Shown piece by piece: positions 13,115-23,995 of a DNA stretch of 64,000 nucleotides. A program made the position numbers and the translations under genes. The DNA comes from Bdellovibrio sp. GTDB lineage: Bacteria; Bdellovibrionota; Bdellovibrionia; Bdellovibrionales; Bdellovibrionaceae. A model generated the notes under the pieces. It had not been told where the DNA came from, made no database searches, and saw only the letters and a program-made list of their open reading frames with translations. The DNA is taken from the NCBI GenBank assembly GCA_036677065.1, contig JAKFBS010000003.1, forward strand, positions 433,573 to 497,572, given 5' to 3'. Numbering within the stretch: position 1 is the first letter of the stretch; each line of letters opens with the position of its first letter.

Positions 13115-13508
13115 ACGTGTAAAATGGAGAAAGCAATTCATTGGTCGTTCTAGAGGTTTAGCGACTCGTGGATCAACTCTTGATTTCGGTGATTTTGGTT
13201 TACAAGCTACTGAACATGGTATGTTAACAGCTCGTCAATTAGAAGCTGGTCGTATCGCTATCAATCGTACTATCAAACGTGGTGGTAAAGTTTGGTGCCG
13301 TGTATTCCCAGATCTTCCTGTAACAAAAAAACCTGCTGAAACTCGTATGGGTAGCGGTAAAGGTAATCCGGAATTTTGGGTTTCTAAAGTTCTTCCTGGT
13401 CGCATCCTATTCGAAATGAATGGTGTTACTAAGGAACAAGCTAAAGAGGCATTCTTAAGAGCGTCTCATAAGCTTCCGTTTAAAACTAAATTTTTAGAGA
13501 GAACGTAG
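13101..13508 (+). CDS. rplP: 50S ribosomal protein L16
   Basis: [18 protein letters not shown]. Confidence 0.98.
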   Translation: MLSPKRVKWRKQFIGRSRGLATRGSTLDFGDFGLQATEHGMLTARQLEAGRIAINRTIKRGGKVWCRVFPDLPVTKKPAETRMGSGKGNPEFWVSKVLPGRILFEMNGVTKEQAKEAFLRASHKLPFKTKFLERT

Positions 13509-13510
13509 TT

Positions 13511-13702
13511 ATGAAATTCGTAGATATCGAAAACAAATCGTTAAAAGAATTAATCAAACAAAAACAAGACTTAACGTCTCAATTGTTTGAAATGAAAATG
13601 AAGAACTCTCTTGGTCAATTGGCTAATCCAGTTCAAATCAGAGTAGTAAGAAAAGACATTGCTAAGATTAACACAGCAATCGTTAAGAAAAGCGTAAGGT
13701 AG
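13511..13702 (+). CDS. rpmC: 50S ribosomal protein L29
   Basis: GQLANPVQIRVVRKDIAKINT; operon position. Confidence 0.95.
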   Translation: MKFVDIENKSLKELIKQKQDLTSQLFEMKMKNSLGQLANPVQIRVVRKDIAKINTAIVKKSVR

Positions 13703-13709
13703 GTAAAAA

Positions 13710-14012
13710 ATGGCTGCTAAGGCAACAACGAGCGGAAAACAACCGGATAAAACTGTTAGTACTCGAGGCCGTAGAGTTGAGTTACAAGGTGAAGTGATCG
13801 CGAACAAAATGGATAAAACAATATCGGTATTGGTTTATCGTATGGTTCGCCACGCAAAATACGGAAAATACATCCGTAAATCTTCTGTAATCAAAGCTCA
13901 CGACGAGAAAAAACAATGTAAAGTCGGTGACACTGTTACAATTCATGAAACTAAACCAATCAGCAAATCAAAACGCTGGGCACTTACTGAAGTGTTAAAC
14001 ACGACGAAGTAG
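13710..14012 (+). CDS. rpsQ: 30S ribosomal protein S17
   Basis: KMDKTI, HAKYGK, AHDE, PISKSKRW. Confidence 0.97.
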   Translation: MAAKATTSGKQPDKTVSTRGRRVELQGEVIANKMDKTISVLVYRMVRHAKYGKYIRKSSVIKAHDEKKQCKVGDTVTIHETKPISKSKRWALTEVLNTTK

Positions 14013-14024
14013 GGGAGTAGTTTT

Positions 14025-14393
14025 ATGATTCAAATGCAAACTAAATTAAACGTAGCTGATAACTCTGGTGCAAAAGAAGTAATGTGTATCAAAGTTTTAG
14101 GCGGTTCAAAAAGACGTTTTGCTCACATTGGCGACGTAATTGTTGTTTCAATCCGTGAAGCAATCCCAACTGCAAAAGTTAAGAAAGGTGACGTTGCGAA
14201 AGCCGTTATCGTTCGTACAATTCATAAATTAAGAAGACCTGATGGAAGCTATATCCGTTTTGATGATAACTCTGCAGTTTTAATCAATGCGAATAAAGAA
14301 CCAATCGGAACTCGTATTTTTGGTCCAGTAGCGAGAGAGTTAAGATCGAAACAATTCGTAAAAATCGTTTCACTTGCTCCAGAAGTATTATAG
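14025..14393 (+). CDS. rplN: 50S ribosomal protein L14
   Basis: [23 protein letters not shown]. Confidence 0.99.
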   Translation: MIQMQTKLNVADNSGAKEVMCIKVLGGSKRRFAHIGDVIVVSIREAIPTAKVKKGDVAKAVIVRTIHKLRRPDGSYIRFDDNSAVLINANKEPIGTRIFGPVARELRSKQFVKIVSLAPEVL

Positions 14394-14406
14394 GTAGAGG
14401 TTGAAG

Positions 14407-14946
14407 ATGAATCGTTTAAAAGAACAATACACAAAAGAAATCGTCCCTCACTTAGTAAAAAAACAAGGTTACACTAGCGCTATGCAAGTGCCTCGTTTAG
14501 AAAAAATCGTTATCAGCGTTTGTACGTCTGATGCGGTTCAAAATCCTAAAATCGTAAACGGTATCGTTGAAGAAATCTCTTCAATTGCTGGTCAAAAAGC
14601 AGTTGTAACTAAAGCTAAGAAAGCAATTTCTAACTTTAAATTACGTGAAGGTATCCCTATTGGCGTGCGCGTAACATTACGCCGCGAAAAAATGTGGTCT
14701 TTTTTAGATCGTTTACAAACTTTAGCGTTACCTCGCGTACGTGACTTCCGTGGTTTGCCAAACAAAGGCTTTGATGGCCGTGGTAACTACAATATGGGTT
14801 TGAAAGAACAAATCGTATTCCCGGAAATCAATTTTGATAAAATTGAAAAAACACGTGGTATGAATATCACTATTTGTACAACAGCTGGAACAGACAACGA
14901 TGGCCGCGCATTATTGGAAGCTTTAGGCTTACCTTTCAGAAAGTAA
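14407..14946 (+). CDS. rplE: 50S ribosomal protein L5
   Basis: ATG after [26 protein letters not shown]; directly follows rplN with no rplX between. Confidence 0.98.
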   Translation: MNRLKEQYTKEIVPHLVKKQGYTSAMQVPRLEKIVISVCTSDAVQNPKIVNGIVEEISSIAGQKAVVTKAKKAISNFKLREGIPIGVRVTLRREKMWSFLDRLQTLALPRVRDFRGLPNKGFDGRGNYNMGLKEQIVFPEINFDKIEKTRGMNITICTTAGTDNDGRALLEALGLPFRK

Positions 14947-14959
14947 TTGAAGGATTAAT

Positions 14960-15265
14960 ATGGCAAGAAAATCAAGTGTTGTAAAAAACAATAAAAGAAA
15001 AGCGATCTCTAGCAAGTACCGCGCTTACCGTAAAGAATTACGTGAAAAAGCTGTGGACATGAAACTTTCTGACGAAACTAGAGACGAAGCTCGTAAGAAA
15101 TTACAAGCTTTACCTAAAAATACTAATCCAAACCGCGTAATCACTCGTTGTGAATTAACTGGTCGCCCTCGTGGTAACTACCGTAAATTCGGTTTATGCA
15201 GAATGGTTTTCAGACAACTAGCTTTAGAAGGTAAACTTCCAGGCGTAACGAAAGCTAGCTGGTAG
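14960..15265 (+). CDS. rpsN: 30S ribosomal protein S14 (long 101-aa form, incomplete Zn ribbon)
   Basis: [26 protein letters not shown]. Confidence 0.97.
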   Translation: MARKSSVVKNNKRKAISSKYRAYRKELREKAVDMKLSDETRDEARKKLQALPKNTNPNRVITRCELTGRPRGNYRKFGLCRMVFRQLALEGKLPGVTKASW

Positions 15266-15273
15266 GAGTCACT

Positions 15274-15663
15274 ATGGATACAGTCGCACAAATGTTAACA
15301 ATTATTAGAAATGGTTCTTCGGCAAAACTTGAAAAAGTTGATATGCCTTCTTCTAAAATGAGAGAGAACTTAGCAAAAATTCTAGCAGATACTGGTTACA
15401 TCAGAAGCTTCAAAGTAGCTAAAGATTCTAAACAAGGTATCATGCGTATTTACTTAAAATATGACGATGCAGGAACTCCAGCAATGACAGCTATCCAAAA
15501 AGTTAGCCGTCCTGGGAAACGTTCTTATGTTCACGCAACTGATGTTCCGAACGTACGTTCTGGATACGGTATGTGCATCCTAAGTACAAACAAAGGTTTA
15601 CTAACTGGTACAGACGCTAAAAAACAAAATGTTGGCGGCGAAGTACTAGCAGTAGTGTGGTAG
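15274..15663 (+). CDS. rpsH: 30S ribosomal protein S8
   Basis: MLTIIRN, SRPGKRSY, GGEVL. Confidence 0.97.
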   Translation: MDTVAQMLTIIRNGSSAKLEKVDMPSSKMRENLAKILADTGYIRSFKVAKDSKQGIMRIYLKYDDAGTPAMTAIQKVSRPGKRSYVHATDVPNVRSGYGMCILSTNKGLLTGTDAKKQNVGGEVLAVVW

Positions 15664-15670
15664 GTAGAAG

Positions 15671-16210
15671 ATGTCGAGAATTGGTAAATATCCAGTAAAT
15701 ATCGATGACAAAGCAACAGTAACTGTTGCTGGTCAAAACGTAACTGTTAAGGGTGCGAAATCATCTTTATCTTACAGCTTAAGAAAAAACATCACTGCTA
15801 AAGTTGATGGTAAAACAGTTGTATTAACTCGTGCTGACGATTCAAAAGAATCTAAGTCATTACACGGCTTATACAAAGTTCTAATCTCTAATGCTGTTAA
15901 AGGTGTAACTGCAGGTTTCACTAAAGCGCTTGAAATGCACGGCGTAGGTTACCGCGGTACTGTAAATGGTAAAAAATTAGAATTAGCTTTAGGTTTTTCA
16001 CACCCTGTGATTTTTGATATCCCAGAAGGTATCGAAATCAAAGTTGATAAACAAACAACTGTAAGCGTGACTGGTGCTGACAAAGCCCTTGTTGGTCAAG
16101 TTGCAGCTAAAATCAGATCTTTCCGTCCGCCAGAGCCTTATTTAGGTAAAGGTGTTCGTTATGTTGGTGAACATATCAGACGTAAAGCCGGCAAATCAGC
16201 TGGTAAATAG
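15671..16210 (+). CDS. rplF: 50S ribosomal protein L6
   Basis: [22 protein letters not shown]. Confidence 0.98.
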   Translation: MSRIGKYPVNIDDKATVTVAGQNVTVKGAKSSLSYSLRKNITAKVDGKTVVLTRADDSKESKSLHGLYKVLISNAVKGVTAGFTKALEMHGVGYRGTVNGKKLELALGFSHPVIFDIPEGIEIKVDKQTTVSVTGADKALVGQVAAKIRSFRPPEPYLGKGVRYVGEHIRRKAGKSAGK

Positions 16211-16218
16211 AGGATAAT

Positions 16219-16587
16219 ATGAAATTAAATTTTTCTAAAAAAACAGCTTCAAAAGTAGTAAATCGTTTGAAGAAAAAAATCAGAATCAGAAAAGTTGTTA
16301 GTGGAACATCTGAAAGACCACGTTTATGTGTATTCCGTTCTGGAGCACACATCTACGCGCAAATCATTAACGATGTCGCACAAACAACTTTATTGTCAGT
16401 ATCCTCTTTATCTGCCGAATTAAAAAACGGTAACAAAGAAGCTGCTAAAACTGTTGGTAAACAAATCGCTGAACAAGCTAAGAAAAAAGGAATCACTACT
16501 GTTGTATTCGACAGAAATGGTTTCGTTTATCATGGCCGTGTACAAGCCTTAGCAGACGGAGCCCGCGAGGGCGGCCTTAACTTTTAA
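16219..16587 (+). CDS. rplR: 50S ribosomal protein L18
   Basis: [21 protein letters not shown]. Confidence 0.98.
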   Translation: MKLNFSKKTASKVVNRLKKKIRIRKVVSGTSERPRLCVFRSGAHIYAQIINDVAQTTLLSVSSLSAELKNGNKEAAKTVGKQIAEQAKKKGITTVVFDRNGFVYHGRVQALADGAREGGLNF

Positions 16588-16598
16588 TAGGGGATCAT

Positions 16599-17054
16599 GT
16601 GGATAAAGCATTAGTAAACGAATTAGAAGAAAAAGTAGTTGCTATCAACCGCGTAACTAAAGTTGTTAAGGGTGGTCGTAGATTCTCTTTCGCAGCATTA
16701 GTAGTAGTGGGTGATAGATTAGGTCAAGTTGGTTTCGGTAGCGGTAAAGCAGGCGAAGTACCTGAAGCTATTGGTAAAGCAACTCGCTCTGCTAAAAAAC
16801 AATGCAGCGATGTAAATTTAAAAGATGGTACGATCCCTCATGAAGTGATCGGTAAATTCGGATCAGCTAAAGTGATCATGAAACCAGCAGCAGCAGGTAC
16901 TGGCGTTATCGCTGGTGGTGCGGTTCGTGCGGTTCTTGAATCAGTTGGCGTTAAAGATATTTTAACTAAATGTGTTGGTACTCGTAACCCTCACAATGCG
17001 GTTAGAGCAACTTTAGACGGTCTTAAACAGCTTAAAAAAGCTGCGCAAGCGTAA
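16599..17054 (+). CDS. rpsE: 30S ribosomal protein S5
   Basis: [22 protein letters not shown]. Confidence 0.98.
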   Translation: MDKALVNELEEKVVAINRVTKVVKGGRRFSFAALVVVGDRLGQVGFGSGKAGEVPEAIGKATRSAKKQCSDVNLKDGTIPHEVIGKFGSAKVIMKPAAAGTGVIAGGAVRAVLESVGVKDILTKCVGTRNPHNAVRATLDGLKQLKKAAQA

Positions 17055-17066
17055 TAGGAGTCTGTC

Positions 17067-17252
17067 ATGGCTAAAAAGTTTTTAGTAACATTAAAAAAAT
17101 CAACAATTGCTTGCTCTGAAACTCAAAGAAAGACTGTAAATGGTCTTGGTTTAAGAAAAATCAATTCAACTGTAGAGTTAGCTGATAATGCAGCTAACCG
17201 TGGCCAACTTTTTAAAGTTCAACACATGGTTGAAATTAAAGTTATCAAATAA
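17067..17252 (+). CDS. rpmD: 50S ribosomal protein L30
   Basis: KSTI..QRKTV..LGLRKIN; operon position. Confidence 0.94.
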   Translation: MAKKFLVTLKKSTIACSETQRKTVNGLGLRKINSTVELADNAANRGQLFKVQHMVEIKVIK

Positions 17253-17266
17253 GTTAAGAGGAAGTT

Positions 17267-17758
17267 ATGAGTTTATTAAGTCAATTAGCTCCAAAAGAAG
17301 GTTCTACTCACTACCGCAAACGCGTTGGTCGCGGTATCGGTTCTGGTATCGGTGGAACTTCTGCTAAAGGTCACAAAGGCCAATTAGCACGTACTGGTGG
17401 TAAAGTTCGTCGTGGTTTCGAGGGTGGTCAAACTCCTTTATCTCGTCGTTTACCTAAATTCGGTTTCACAAACGCTCAGTTTGCTACGAAATACGAAGAG
17501 GTTACTTTAGCAGCATTAAATAAAGTAGATGGTATCGTTGATGCAGCTGCGCTTTACAAAGCCGGTTTAATCAAGAAAAATTCTAAGTTCAAGGTTTTAG
17601 CTAAAGGCGAACTTAAAAAAGCTATCACTTTGAAAGCTAATTTTATTAGCAAATCAGCACAGGCAGCAATCGAAAAACTTGGCGGTAAAGTTGAGTTAAT
17701 CGCAGCAAAAGCTACTTGGGCTAGACCAGCTAAAGTAAAAAAAGCTAAAAAGAAATAG
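17267..17758 (+). CDS. rplO: 50S ribosomal protein L15
   Basis: RVGRGIGSG, GFEGGQTPL. Confidence 0.98.
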   Translation: MSLLSQLAPKEGSTHYRKRVGRGIGSGIGGTSAKGHKGQLARTGGKVRRGFEGGQTPLSRRLPKFGFTNAQFATKYEEVTLAALNKVDGIVDAAALYKAGLIKKNSKFKVLAKGELKKAITLKANFISKSAQAAIEKLGGKVELIAAKATWARPAKVKKAKKK

Positions 17759-17866
17759 TTAATTGGGGCTAAGATAGATTTTAGTCCCAAACAGTTCTAC
17801 CAAAGAATTTAGACCCGAGAGGGTCTATTCTTGTGTTAGAACTATATAAACGAAAGAGGCAGAAGA

Positions 17867-19192
17867 GTGGCTCAGCAAGTGAACGACAACAAAGGTGCAA
17901 ATACTTTAAGATCGAAAATCCTATTTACATTATTCTGTTTGGCGATTTACAGAATCGGTGTGCACATTCCAACTCCTGGAGTAGATGGCAACGCGGTTTC
18001 TGAATTTTTCAACTCTCAAAATCGTGGAATTTTCGGCTTATTCAATACTTTCACTGGTGGTGCGTTAGCGCAGTTCTCAATCTTTGCATTGGGAATCATG
18101 CCTTACATCTCTGCTTCTATCATTTTCCAATTATTAACGTCGGCAATCCCTCACTTAGAAGCTCTTAAAAAAGAGGGCGAATCTGGACGTAAAAAAATCA
18201 CGCAATACACTAAATATGCGACTATCGTGTTAGCAATTATTCAAGGTTACGGGATGAGCACATGGCTTTCTAGCCAAAGCTTACCTGATGGCCGTATGTT
18301 AATTACGGGCGGTATGTTAGGTATTTACTACTTTAAATTTATCACGATCACAACACTAGTTGCCGGTACTTCATTTGTAATGTGGCTAGGCGATCAAATC
18401 TCTGAGCGTGGAATCGGTAATGGTACTTCATTGATTATCTTTACTGGTATCGCAGCCGGTATTCCTGCGGGCGCACAACAACTTCTTCAATTAGTAAAAT
18501 CTGGCGAATTACAATTCATTGTGGGTATTTTATTATTAGCATTCATGGTAGCAACAATCTTTGCTGTTATTTATATGGAAGTAGCTCAACGTCGTATTAC
18601 TATTCAGTACTCTCAGCGTTTAGCGAATGGCGGTATGACTTCAGCAGCGACAAGCCATTTACCTGTGAAAATTAACTTTCCTGGTGTTATTCCTCCGATT
18701 TTTGCATCTTCATTATTAATGTTCCCATCGACATTGGCGCAGTTCACTAATGTCGCGTGGATCAAAGCCATGTCTGAATCAATCAATCCAAATGGGATCG
18801 TATTCAACATTATCTTTGTCGCATTAATTATTTTCTTCTCATTTTTCTATACTGACATCGTTTTCAATGCTGACGAAGTTTCTGAAAACTTGAAAAAAAC
18901 TGGTGCCTTTGTTCCTGGTATCCGTGCGGGCAAATCTACAGCTGATTTTATTCGCTACGTATTGGATCGTATTAACGTATTGGGTTGTTTCTACCTTTGC
19001 GTAATTTGCGTTCTTCCAGGTTTGTTAGTGCAAACGATGGGTATCCCGTTCCAATTCGGTGGTACTAGCTTGCTGATCCTTGTGGGTGTTGCTATTGATA
19101 CATCTCAACAAATTCAGTCGCACTTATTGACTCAAAAATATGATTCATTTCTTAAGGGTACAAAAATCCGTAGCAGAAGGGTTCAATTCTAA
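17867..19192 (+). CDS. secY: Preprotein translocase subunit SecY
   Basis: SIFALGIMPYISASII, GIGNGTSL, FGGTSLLI. Confidence 0.98.
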   Translation: MAQQVNDNKGANTLRSKILFTLFCLAIYRIGVHIPTPGVDGNAVSEFFNSQNRGIFGLFNTFTGGALAQFSIFALGIMPYISASIIFQLLTSAIPHLEALKKEGESGRKKITQYTKYATIVLAIIQGYGMSTWLSSQSLPDGRMLITGGMLGIYYFKFITITTLVAGTSFVMWLGDQISERGIGNGTSLIIFTGIAAGIPAGAQQLLQLVKSGELQFIVGILLLAFMVATIFAVIYMEVAQRRITIQYSQRLANGGMTSAATSHLPVKINFPGVIPPIFASSLLMFPSTLAQFTNVAWIKAMSESINPNGIVFNIIFVALIIFFSFFYTDIVFNADEVSENLKKTGAFVPGIRAGKSTADFIRYVLDRINVLGCFYLCVICVLPGLLVQTMGIPFQFGGTSLLILVGVAIDTSQQIQSHLLTQKYDSFLKGTKIRSRRVQF

Positions 19193-19833
19193 TGAACGTT
19201 CTGTTCATTGGAGCCCCGGGCTCAGGTAAAGGGACTCAATCGCGCGAGCTGATCGAGAAGTTTGGCTTCTTGCAGCTAAGCACTGGAGACCTTTTACGTG
19301 GTGCTATTAAGAATAAAACTGATTTGGGTTTAAAAGCTCAGGGTTTTATGGACGCCGGTAAGCTGGTTCCAGATGAATTGATGTTAGGTTTAGTCAGTGA
19401 CTACCTAACGACTAACAAAGGGAAATCGATCATTTTTGACGGTTATCCTAGAACAGTAGTGCAAGCACAGAGCTTAGGCCATTTGCTTGAATCTACCGGT
19501 TCTAAAATTGATAAAGTTTTTTATTTTAAGATCAACCCTCAGATCTTAATCGATCGCTTAACAGGGCGTCGCACTTGTGCAAATTGCGGAGAGATTTACC
19601 ATATTCATACTAAACCCTCGAAAGCGGGTGATAAATGTGAAAAATGCGGTGGTGATCTAGTGCACAGAAAAGACGACCATGCTGAAGTGATCTCGGAGCG
19701 GCTCAAACAATTTGAAGATAATACAGGCCCTACAATAGAGTACTATTTTAAGGCAGGTAATATGGTGAATATCGATGGCGATCAAGCACCAGAAAAAGTC
19801 TTCAACGAAATTAAAAAGACACTGATGCTTTAA
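19192..19833 (+). CDS. adk: Adenylate kinase (Zn-lid type)
   Basis: GAPGSGKGTQ, DGYPR, CxxC...CxxC lid. Confidence 0.98.
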   Translation: MNVLFIGAPGSGKGTQSRELIEKFGFLQLSTGDLLRGAIKNKTDLGLKAQGFMDAGKLVPDELMLGLVSDYLTTNKGKSIIFDGYPRTVVQAQSLGHLLESTGSKIDKVFYFKINPQILIDRLTGRRTCANCGEIYHIHTKPSKAGDKCEKCGGDLVHRKDDHAEVISERLKQFEDNTGPTIEYYFKAGNMVNIDGDQAPEKVFNEIKKTLML

Positions 19834-19941
19834 GGGCTAAATCCGGATCACCCCGGGGATGGTTTCTTGATGAAAAAAGTGGCTCAAACTTGTTTGAGCA
19901 TAGGTAAGACTAGTGCATTCAGCACAATGTCAAATTTATGC

Positions 19942-19969
19942 TAGACATAACAATCTTTAATGTTATAAC
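19942..19969 (+). promoter_or_regulatory. Putative promoter of the rpmJ-alpha operon
   Basis: TAGACA-N16-TATAAC with extended TGn; followed by an imperfect hairpin ATAACAA..CTCTTT/AAAGAG..TTGTTAT. Confidence 0.5.
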
Positions 19970-20007
19970 AATCTCTTTTTAAAGAGTTTTGTTATTGTGA
20001 GGAACGT

Positions 20008-20121
20008 ATGAAAGTTAGACCTTCGGTCAAAAAAATTTGTAACAAATGTAAAGTAATTAAACGTAAAGGCGTTATCAGAGTTATCTGTGAGAACGCTAAA
20101 CACAAACAGAGACAGGGGTAA
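20008..20121 (+). CDS. rpmJ: 50S ribosomal protein L36 (not in the ORF track)
   Basis: Manual translation [43 protein letters not shown]. Confidence 0.98.
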   Translation: MKVRPSVKKICNKCKVIKRKGVIRVICENAKHKQRQG

Positions 20122-20127
20122 TAGAAC

Positions 20128-20502
20128 ATGGCTCGTTTAATGGGTATCGATTTACCAAGAAATAAACGCGTTGAAGTGGCATTGACTTATATCTTCGGTA
20201 TTGGTCGTCCTCGCGCAAAATCTATCTGCTCTCAAGTGGGAATTCCATCTACTCTTCGTACAGATGCTTTAACTGATGAACACATTGCAGGAATGCGTGC
20301 GTTGATCGAAGCAAACTTCAAAGTAGAAGGTGATTTACGTCGTGATATCGGTCAAGCGATCAAACGTTTAACTGATATCAACTGCTACCGTGGTGTAAGA
20401 CACAGAAAAGGTCTTCCAGTACGTGGTCAAAATACGCGTTCAAATGCGAGAACACGTAAAGGACCTAAGAAAACTGTCGCTAACAAGAAAAAAGCAGTCT
20501 AG
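20128..20502 (+). CDS. rpsM: 30S ribosomal protein S13
   Basis: [24 protein letters not shown]. Confidence 0.99.
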   Translation: MARLMGIDLPRNKRVEVALTYIFGIGRPRAKSICSQVGIPSTLRTDALTDEHIAGMRALIEANFKVEGDLRRDIGQAIKRLTDINCYRGVRHRKGLPVRGQNTRSNARTRKGPKKTVANKKKAV

Positions 20503-20515
20503 GTAGGATGAAATA

Positions 20516-20920
20516 ATGGCTACACCACAAGAAAATAAAGATAAAAAAGTAACTAAGAAAAAAGTTAAAAAGAATATTGTTACAGGTCACTGTCACATCA
20601 ATGCAGGTTTCGGTAATGTGATTATCACTTTTACTGATCCAGGTGGCGATACAGTTTCTTGGTCATCAGCTGGTCACATGGGTTTCAAAGGATCTCGTAA
20701 AGGGACTCCATTCGCAGCTCAAGTAACTTGTGAAGACGCTGCTAAAAAAGCGATGGAACAAGGTATGAAATCAGTAGACGTATTTTTAACTGGCCCGGGT
20801 GCAGGTCGTGAACCAGCTATCCGTGCATTAGCAGGAACAGGGATGAGAGTAATGTCCCTTAAAGACGTAACGCCAGTACCTCATAACGGCTGCCGTCCTC
20901 CTAAACGTAGAAGAATATAA
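20516..20920 (+). CDS. rpsK: 30S ribosomal protein S11
   Basis: [24 protein letters not shown]. Confidence 0.99.
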   Translation: MATPQENKDKKVTKKKVKKNIVTGHCHINAGFGNVIITFTDPGGDTVSWSSAGHMGFKGSRKGTPFAAQVTCEDAAKKAMEQGMKSVDVFLTGPGAGREPAIRALAGTGMRVMSLKDVTPVPHNGCRPPKRRRI

Positions 20921-20932
20921 TCGGAGTAATGT

Positions 20933-21559
20933 ATGAGTTGTGTAAATAGTTCTGTATGTAGATTATGCCGTCGAGAAAATACTAAGTTATTCTTAAAAGG
21001 TGACAGATGTTTTACTGACAAATGTGCTTTTGAAAGAAGACCATATCCTCCGGGACAACATGGTCAATCAAGACTTAAATTTTCTGAGTACGCATTACAA
21101 TTAAGAGAAAAACAAAAAGCAAAACGTTATTATGGTCTTTCTGAAAAACAATTCAGAAAATACTTCCATAGCGCTGACGCATCTAAAGGTATCACTGGTA
21201 CTGAGTTACTAAGACTTTTAGAGCTAAGACTAGATAACGTTGTGTATACCCTTGGGTATGCTAATTCTAGAAGAGAAGCGAGACAATTGATCGGTCACAA
21301 TCACTTCTTGATTAACGGTAAACGTGTAAATATCGCGTCTTACATCGTTAAAAAAGGTGATGTTGTTGAAGTTGCTCAAGCATCTAGAGAAGTTACTAAA
21401 GTTCAGGCTGGTATCCAGGCTGTAGCTCGCAGAACTATCCCTAGCTGGTTAGAAGCTGATCACGCATCTTTCAAAGGAACAATCAAAGACGTTCCTGCAA
21501 GAGATGAAATTTCAATTCCAGTAGAAGAAAGCATGATCGTTGAGTACTACTCACGATAA
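20933..21559 (+). CDS. rpsD: 30S ribosomal protein S4 (Zn-binding type)
   Basis: CRLCRRE..RCFTDKC, PPGQHG, IVEYYSR. Confidence 0.99.
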   Translation: MSCVNSSVCRLCRRENTKLFLKGDRCFTDKCAFERRPYPPGQHGQSRLKFSEYALQLREKQKAKRYYGLSEKQFRKYFHSADASKGITGTELLRLLELRLDNVVYTLGYANSRREARQLIGHNHFLINGKRVNIASYIVKKGDVVEVAQASREVTKVQAGIQAVARRTIPSWLEADHASFKGTIKDVPARDEISIPVEESMIVEYYSR

Positions 21560-21574
21560 TAAAGGGGTTTAAGG

Positions 21575-22603
21575 ATGCAAGAACATTATTTTAAATTTTG
21601 GAGAGAGCTAATTAAGCCTAAAGGTTTCGAGATCGAAAGAGACACTCAGACTTCTGAGTACTCTAAGTTCATCGTTAAACCTCTTGAAAGAGGCTTTGGT
21701 GTTACTCTTGGAAATTCTTTAAGAAGAATTTTATTAAGCTCTATGATGGGATCTGCGGTAACTGCTGTAAAACTTGATGGAGTTTTACATGAGTTCTCTA
21801 CGATGCCAGATGTTTTAGAAGATGTTTCAGACATCATCTTGAACCTTAAACAAGTTCGTTTCAGACAGCACACTGCTGAGACGTACACACTACGTATTAA
21901 CAAAAAAGGTCCAGGCGTTGTAACGGCTGCGGATATCGTAACTAACGATAAAATCGAAGTTTTGAATCCATATCAGCACATTGCTACTCTTGGTAATAAC
22001 GGATCTTTCTCTGCTGAATTAGTTGTGGCTTACGGCCGCGGTTATTCTCCAGTTGAAAACAGAAGTGAACAAATGGCAGTTGGCTACATCGCCGTAGATG
22101 CTCTTCACTCTCCAATCCGTAAAGTTAACTACGCAGTTTCAAATGCTCGTGTTGGTCAACGTACTGATTACGATGCATTAACTTTAGAAGTATGGACTGA
22201 TGGTTCTATTAAGGCAGATGAAGCAGTTTCTTTAGCTTCAAAAATCTTAAAAGAACAATTACAAATCTTCTTAACTTTCGATGAATCTTTAGAGCCATCT
22301 GATGAAATTAAATCAATGGGTTCTTCTTCATTGAACGAAAACTTATTCAGATCAGTTGATGATCTTGAGTTAAGTGTTCGTTCTGCAAACTGTCTGAAAA
22401 ACGCTAACATCCGTTACATCGGTGAATTAGTTGTTCGTTCAGAGGCGGAAATGCTTAAAACTAAAAACTTCGGCCGTAAATCTTTAAATGAAATTAAAGA
22501 GATCTTGGTTGAAATGGGCTTAGGTTTAGGGATGAAAATCGAGGGATGGCCACCTCCAGGATGGGATCCAAATGTTCCACCTCCTGCAAAACGTGAATCG
22601 TAA
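21575..22603 (+). CDS. rpoA: RNA polymerase alpha subunit
   Basis: [33 protein letters not shown]. Confidence 0.99.
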   Translation: MQEHYFKFWRELIKPKGFEIERDTQTSEYSKFIVKPLERGFGVTLGNSLRRILLSSMMGSAVTAVKLDGVLHEFSTMPDVLEDVSDIILNLKQVRFRQHTAETYTLRINKKGPGVVTAADIVTNDKIEVLNPYQHIATLGNNGSFSAELVVAYGRGYSPVENRSEQMAVGYIAVDALHSPIRKVNYAVSNARVGQRTDYDALTLEVWTDGSIKADEAVSLASKILKEQLQIFLTFDESLEPSDEIKSMGSSSLNENLFRSVDDLELSVRSANCLKNANIRYIGELVVRSEAEMLKTKNFGRKSLNEIKEILVEMGLGLGMKIEGWPPPGWDPNVPPPAKRES

Positions 22604-22622
22604 TTAGTAAGGGAATAAAAAA

Positions 22623-23189
22623 ATGGCATCACATCGTCGTTTAGTAAAACATTTTAGTCGTAAATCTGGTCCTCGTAAGGCTTTAATCAGAGGCCTTATG
22701 AATTCTTTAGTCGAGCACGGTCGTATCAAAACTACTGTTACTCGCGCTAAAGAAGTTAGAAGACACATTGAAAAAGCAGTTACTCTTGGTAAAAAAGATA
22801 ACTTAAATTCAATCCGTCTTTTAATCTCTCGCTTAGCTAGCCAAGACGCAGCTCTTGCTATCGTGAAAAACATCGCTCCACGCTTTAAAGATCGTGATGG
22901 CGGTTATACTCGCGTTATCAAAATCGGTCGTCGTCCTGGTGACACTGCTGAGATGGCTTTCTTAGAATTCGTAGATTACGATTTCAAGACTGCTAAAGCT
23001 ACTGCACCAGCTGCAAAAGCAACGAAAGCTACAAAAGCTGCTAAAGGCGCTAAAGCTGCTGATAAAACAGTAGAAAAAGCGGCAAGCAAAGCTAAAAAAG
23101 CTTCTGCAATTGCAGTTAAAACACTGAAAAAATCAGTGCGCAAAATGCAAAACAAATCTCGTCAAGCTTCTCAAGCTCTTAACCGCTAG
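22623..23189 (+). CDS. rplQ: 50S ribosomal protein L17 with Ala/Lys-rich C-terminal extension
   Basis: [24 protein letters not shown], then ~70 aa AK-rich tail. Confidence 0.97.
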   Translation: MASHRRLVKHFSRKSGPRKALIRGLMNSLVEHGRIKTTVTRAKEVRRHIEKAVTLGKKDNLNSIRLLISRLASQDAALAIVKNIAPRFKDRDGGYTRVIKIGRRPGDTAEMAFLEFVDYDFKTAKATAPAAKATKATKAAKGAKAADKTVEKAASKAKKASAIAVKTLKKSVRKMQNKSRQASQALNR

Positions 23190-23250
23190 GTTAGAAGCTA
23201 AACAGCTAGATAGTTTTGTCGCAATAGAACAAAATAGTTTCAAAGCTAAT

Positions 23251-23283
23251 AAAAGCCCTGGAGAAATCCGGGGCTTTTTTTTT
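23251..23283 (+). terminator. Intrinsic terminator of the alpha operon
   Basis: AAAAGCCCTGGA-GAAA-TCCGGGGCTTTTTTTTT. Confidence 0.92.
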
Positions 23284-23284
23284 G

Positions 23285-23348
23285 TTTTGGGCTCCTGCCC
23301 AAAACCCCTTTGGGGCTGCCGCGAAAAAATAGCATCCTGCTATTTTTT
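23285..23348. repeat. Cluster of three short palindromes (REP-like)
   Basis: TTTTGGGC-tcct-GCCCAAAA, CCCC-ttt-GGGG, AAAAAATAGCA-tcc-TGCTATTTTTT. Confidence 0.5.
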
Positions 23349-23404
23349 TATCCCAAAGCTTGGTAGCGTTGAGTTCGCCTAAGGCGAATAAAGGTTTGAT
23401 TGTT

Positions 23405-23995
23405 ATGAAAGCTAAATTGTTAATTTTATTTTTTGTTCTAGCGATTGTTGGTACTGCTAGTGTGTTCTATCTTAAGAACTATTACTTCTATACGACCACC
23501 GCTGAAAAGATTGAAGATACGCAAGTGACGATTGATCAAACCATGGGGTTGATTTCCGAAGAGCGTGAGAAGTTTCAGACTTACGAAGGTAAAGTGATCT
23601 CGGCTGAACGGTTACCGCTGATGCCGGATACGACAAAGACTGACAAATTGATTCTGCATTTTTGGGCTTCATGGTGTGATCCGTGTATTAATGAAATTCC
23701 TGAGCTTATTGCGTATCTAAAGCATCATGGCGACGCGATCAAGGCGGGGTCTATCAAAGTAGTCCTTGTATCAGTTGATTACGAGGTTGAGGCTATTGAG
23801 AAGTTTTTAAAGAGCTTTCCTGATTTAAATGCGCCCATCTATCTACAGCTGTGGGATCCAGAAGGATATTTACAGAAGAGTTTTAATATCGACAGATTGC
23901 CTTCGACCATTATCGTGCATAAAAATCCGATTGATGGAAAAGGCAAGCTTGTTGAGCGTTATATGGCTGTCGTTAACTGGAAGCAGATGCCTTAG
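23405..23995 (+). CDS. TlpA/ResA-family membrane-anchored thioredoxin
   Basis: N-terminal TM helix, FWASWCDPC motif, LPST cis-Pro loop. Confidence 0.9.
   Translation: MKAKLLILFFVLAIVGTASVFYLKNYYFYTTTAEKIEDTQVTIDQTMGLISEEREKFQTYEGKVISAERLPLMPDTTKTDKLILHFWASWCDPCINEIPELIAYLKHHGDAIKAGSIKVVLVSVDYEVEAIEKFLKSFPDLNAPIYLQLWDPEGYLQKSFNIDRLPSTIIVHKNPIDGKGKLVERYMAVVNWKQMP

Noticed and set aside
17763..17832. Two hairpins between rplO and secY as terminators
   Set aside because: No convincing U-tract; more likely processing or stability structures
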